DNA from: Flaccisagitta enflata
Taxonomy: Eukaryota
NCBI GenBank assembly: GCA_965153355.1
Contig: OZ231126.1
Location: 992,001 to 1,056,000 of the forward strand
DNA: 64,000 nt
Direction: 5' to 3'
In this document: piece after piece, positions 62,980-64,000 of the stretch
Layout: each line of letters opens with the position of its first letter
How positions within the stretch are numbered: position 1 is the first letter of the stretch
The notes under the pieces: generated by a model
The model's database searches: none
What the model was told of the DNA's origin: nothing
The model's input: only the letters and a program-made list of their open reading frames with translations
Program-made: the position numbers and the translations under genes

Positions 62980-63093
62980 TCTGAAATCAGTGCCGATGTC
63001 AACCATCATCATGACGACGCTGAACATTTTCCGGAAAATGAAAAACAGAAACATGTACTCAATTTGATTCTTCATTTTGAATGCAAACAGCAT
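62980..63093 (-). CDS. XK-related protein, first coding exon (MLFAFKMKNQIEYMFLFFIFRKMFSVVMMMVDIGTDFR)
   Basis: D-x-x-TD motif of XK TM1; gtaagt donor in phase 0; start ATG uncertain (63093, 63075 or 63054). Confidence 0.75.
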
Positions 63094-63226
63094 GTTGGGC
63101 AAAGAAAAAAACTAGGTTATAGTTATGGTATCAAACCTAGGTTACCGCGATAAAGGAACGGAATTCATTTGTTTGTCTTCGAATTTTGAGATGGAATTAA
63201 GATGGAACGAATTTTAAGTTGACGAC

Positions 63227-63312
<86 letters not shown>

Positions 63313-63563
63313 AGGTCCAGGTCATCGAATTTAAATAACTCATGCACACTACTCATTATTCTTTGCTTTCCTCAACACTTCCTCTAATCTGGGATCTGAC
63401 ATGAAATTAAGTTTTCTCTACCCGGAGAACATGTAAATGAGATTCGGTAATGGATCAACTTTCGATTGACACTCATATGCTTGATTGGTTGATTGATTGA
63501 TAGATTGAATGATTGATTGGTGGATTGGTTGATTGATCGGTTGATTAATTTTTTCATTGATTG

Positions 63564-63596
<33 letters not shown>

Positions 63597-63794
63597 CTAA
63601 GAGTCAGTTAATAATCGATGAATTGTGGATCAATTTACGTGGAATATTCCTCGTCATTCCCATACGTCACATAAATAATAAAGTTGTATTCTAATTATAC
63701 AGTGCGATGGGAGCAAAGACGACCTAAACTGGAGGATAGATTTTAAGTATCTTTGTTTTATTTAATGTATAAAAAAATTAAGATCTGTGCTGAT

Positions 63795-64000
63795 CAGGGG
63801 TGTATAAAGTTGATTATTCCCCTTCCCCCCCGCCGGTAGGGGGGGGGGAATAAAATCAAAAGGTTTGGAGATGGGGAAGAAAATCAAAAGTTTGAAAAAA
63901 AAAAATTTTTGAAGATCTAACACTTTTGGTAGTACCAAAAGGTAAAATACAATTACTACAACTTAATTTACCACTATTTAAACCTAAAATATATATTTTA
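63795..64000. mobile_element. hAT-type MITE (partial), same family as 37349-40593
   Basis: CAGGGGTGTATAAAGTTGA start; reverse complement of ~40390-40593. Confidence 0.85.

Overview
AT-rich, microsatellite- and transposon-dense metazoan (invertebrate-like) genomic DNA with GT-AG introns. Most ORFs in the supplied track are simple-repeat artefacts; the real genes were found by hand as short exons. (1) A minus-strand non-alpha nicotinic acetylcholine receptor-like (Cys-loop) subunit gene, with 10 exons traced from 9748 down to 2042 and running off the left edge. It has two same-length, same-phase alternative M1/M1-M2-linker exons (PSDSSDK vs PSQMGEK), and several of its splice junctions are tandemly amplified. 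(2) A two-exon CD225/dispanin gene (19311-28487) frameshifted by a 7-bp duplication. Its intron holds an intact single-ORF Ingi/Vingi-like LINE with a 2A-like peptide and a structured 5' end. (3) A probable TRPC-like ankyrin gene (32263-32358 joined to 51266-51413). Its long intron contains a four-layer nested transposon stack, a Penelope remnant and an antisense iGluR/IR-like pseudo-exon. (4) A minus-strand XK-related scramblase gene (63093-59263) with a duplicated ESAP signature and a very large acidic loop. Repeats include two copies of an unclassified ~2.7-2.9 kb foldback element with 7-bp TSDs, many DINE-1/HINE-like elements carrying satellites, hAT and Tc1 MITEs, and two ~540-bp tandem-unit arrays. 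All gene models are hand-spliced and no database searches were run.
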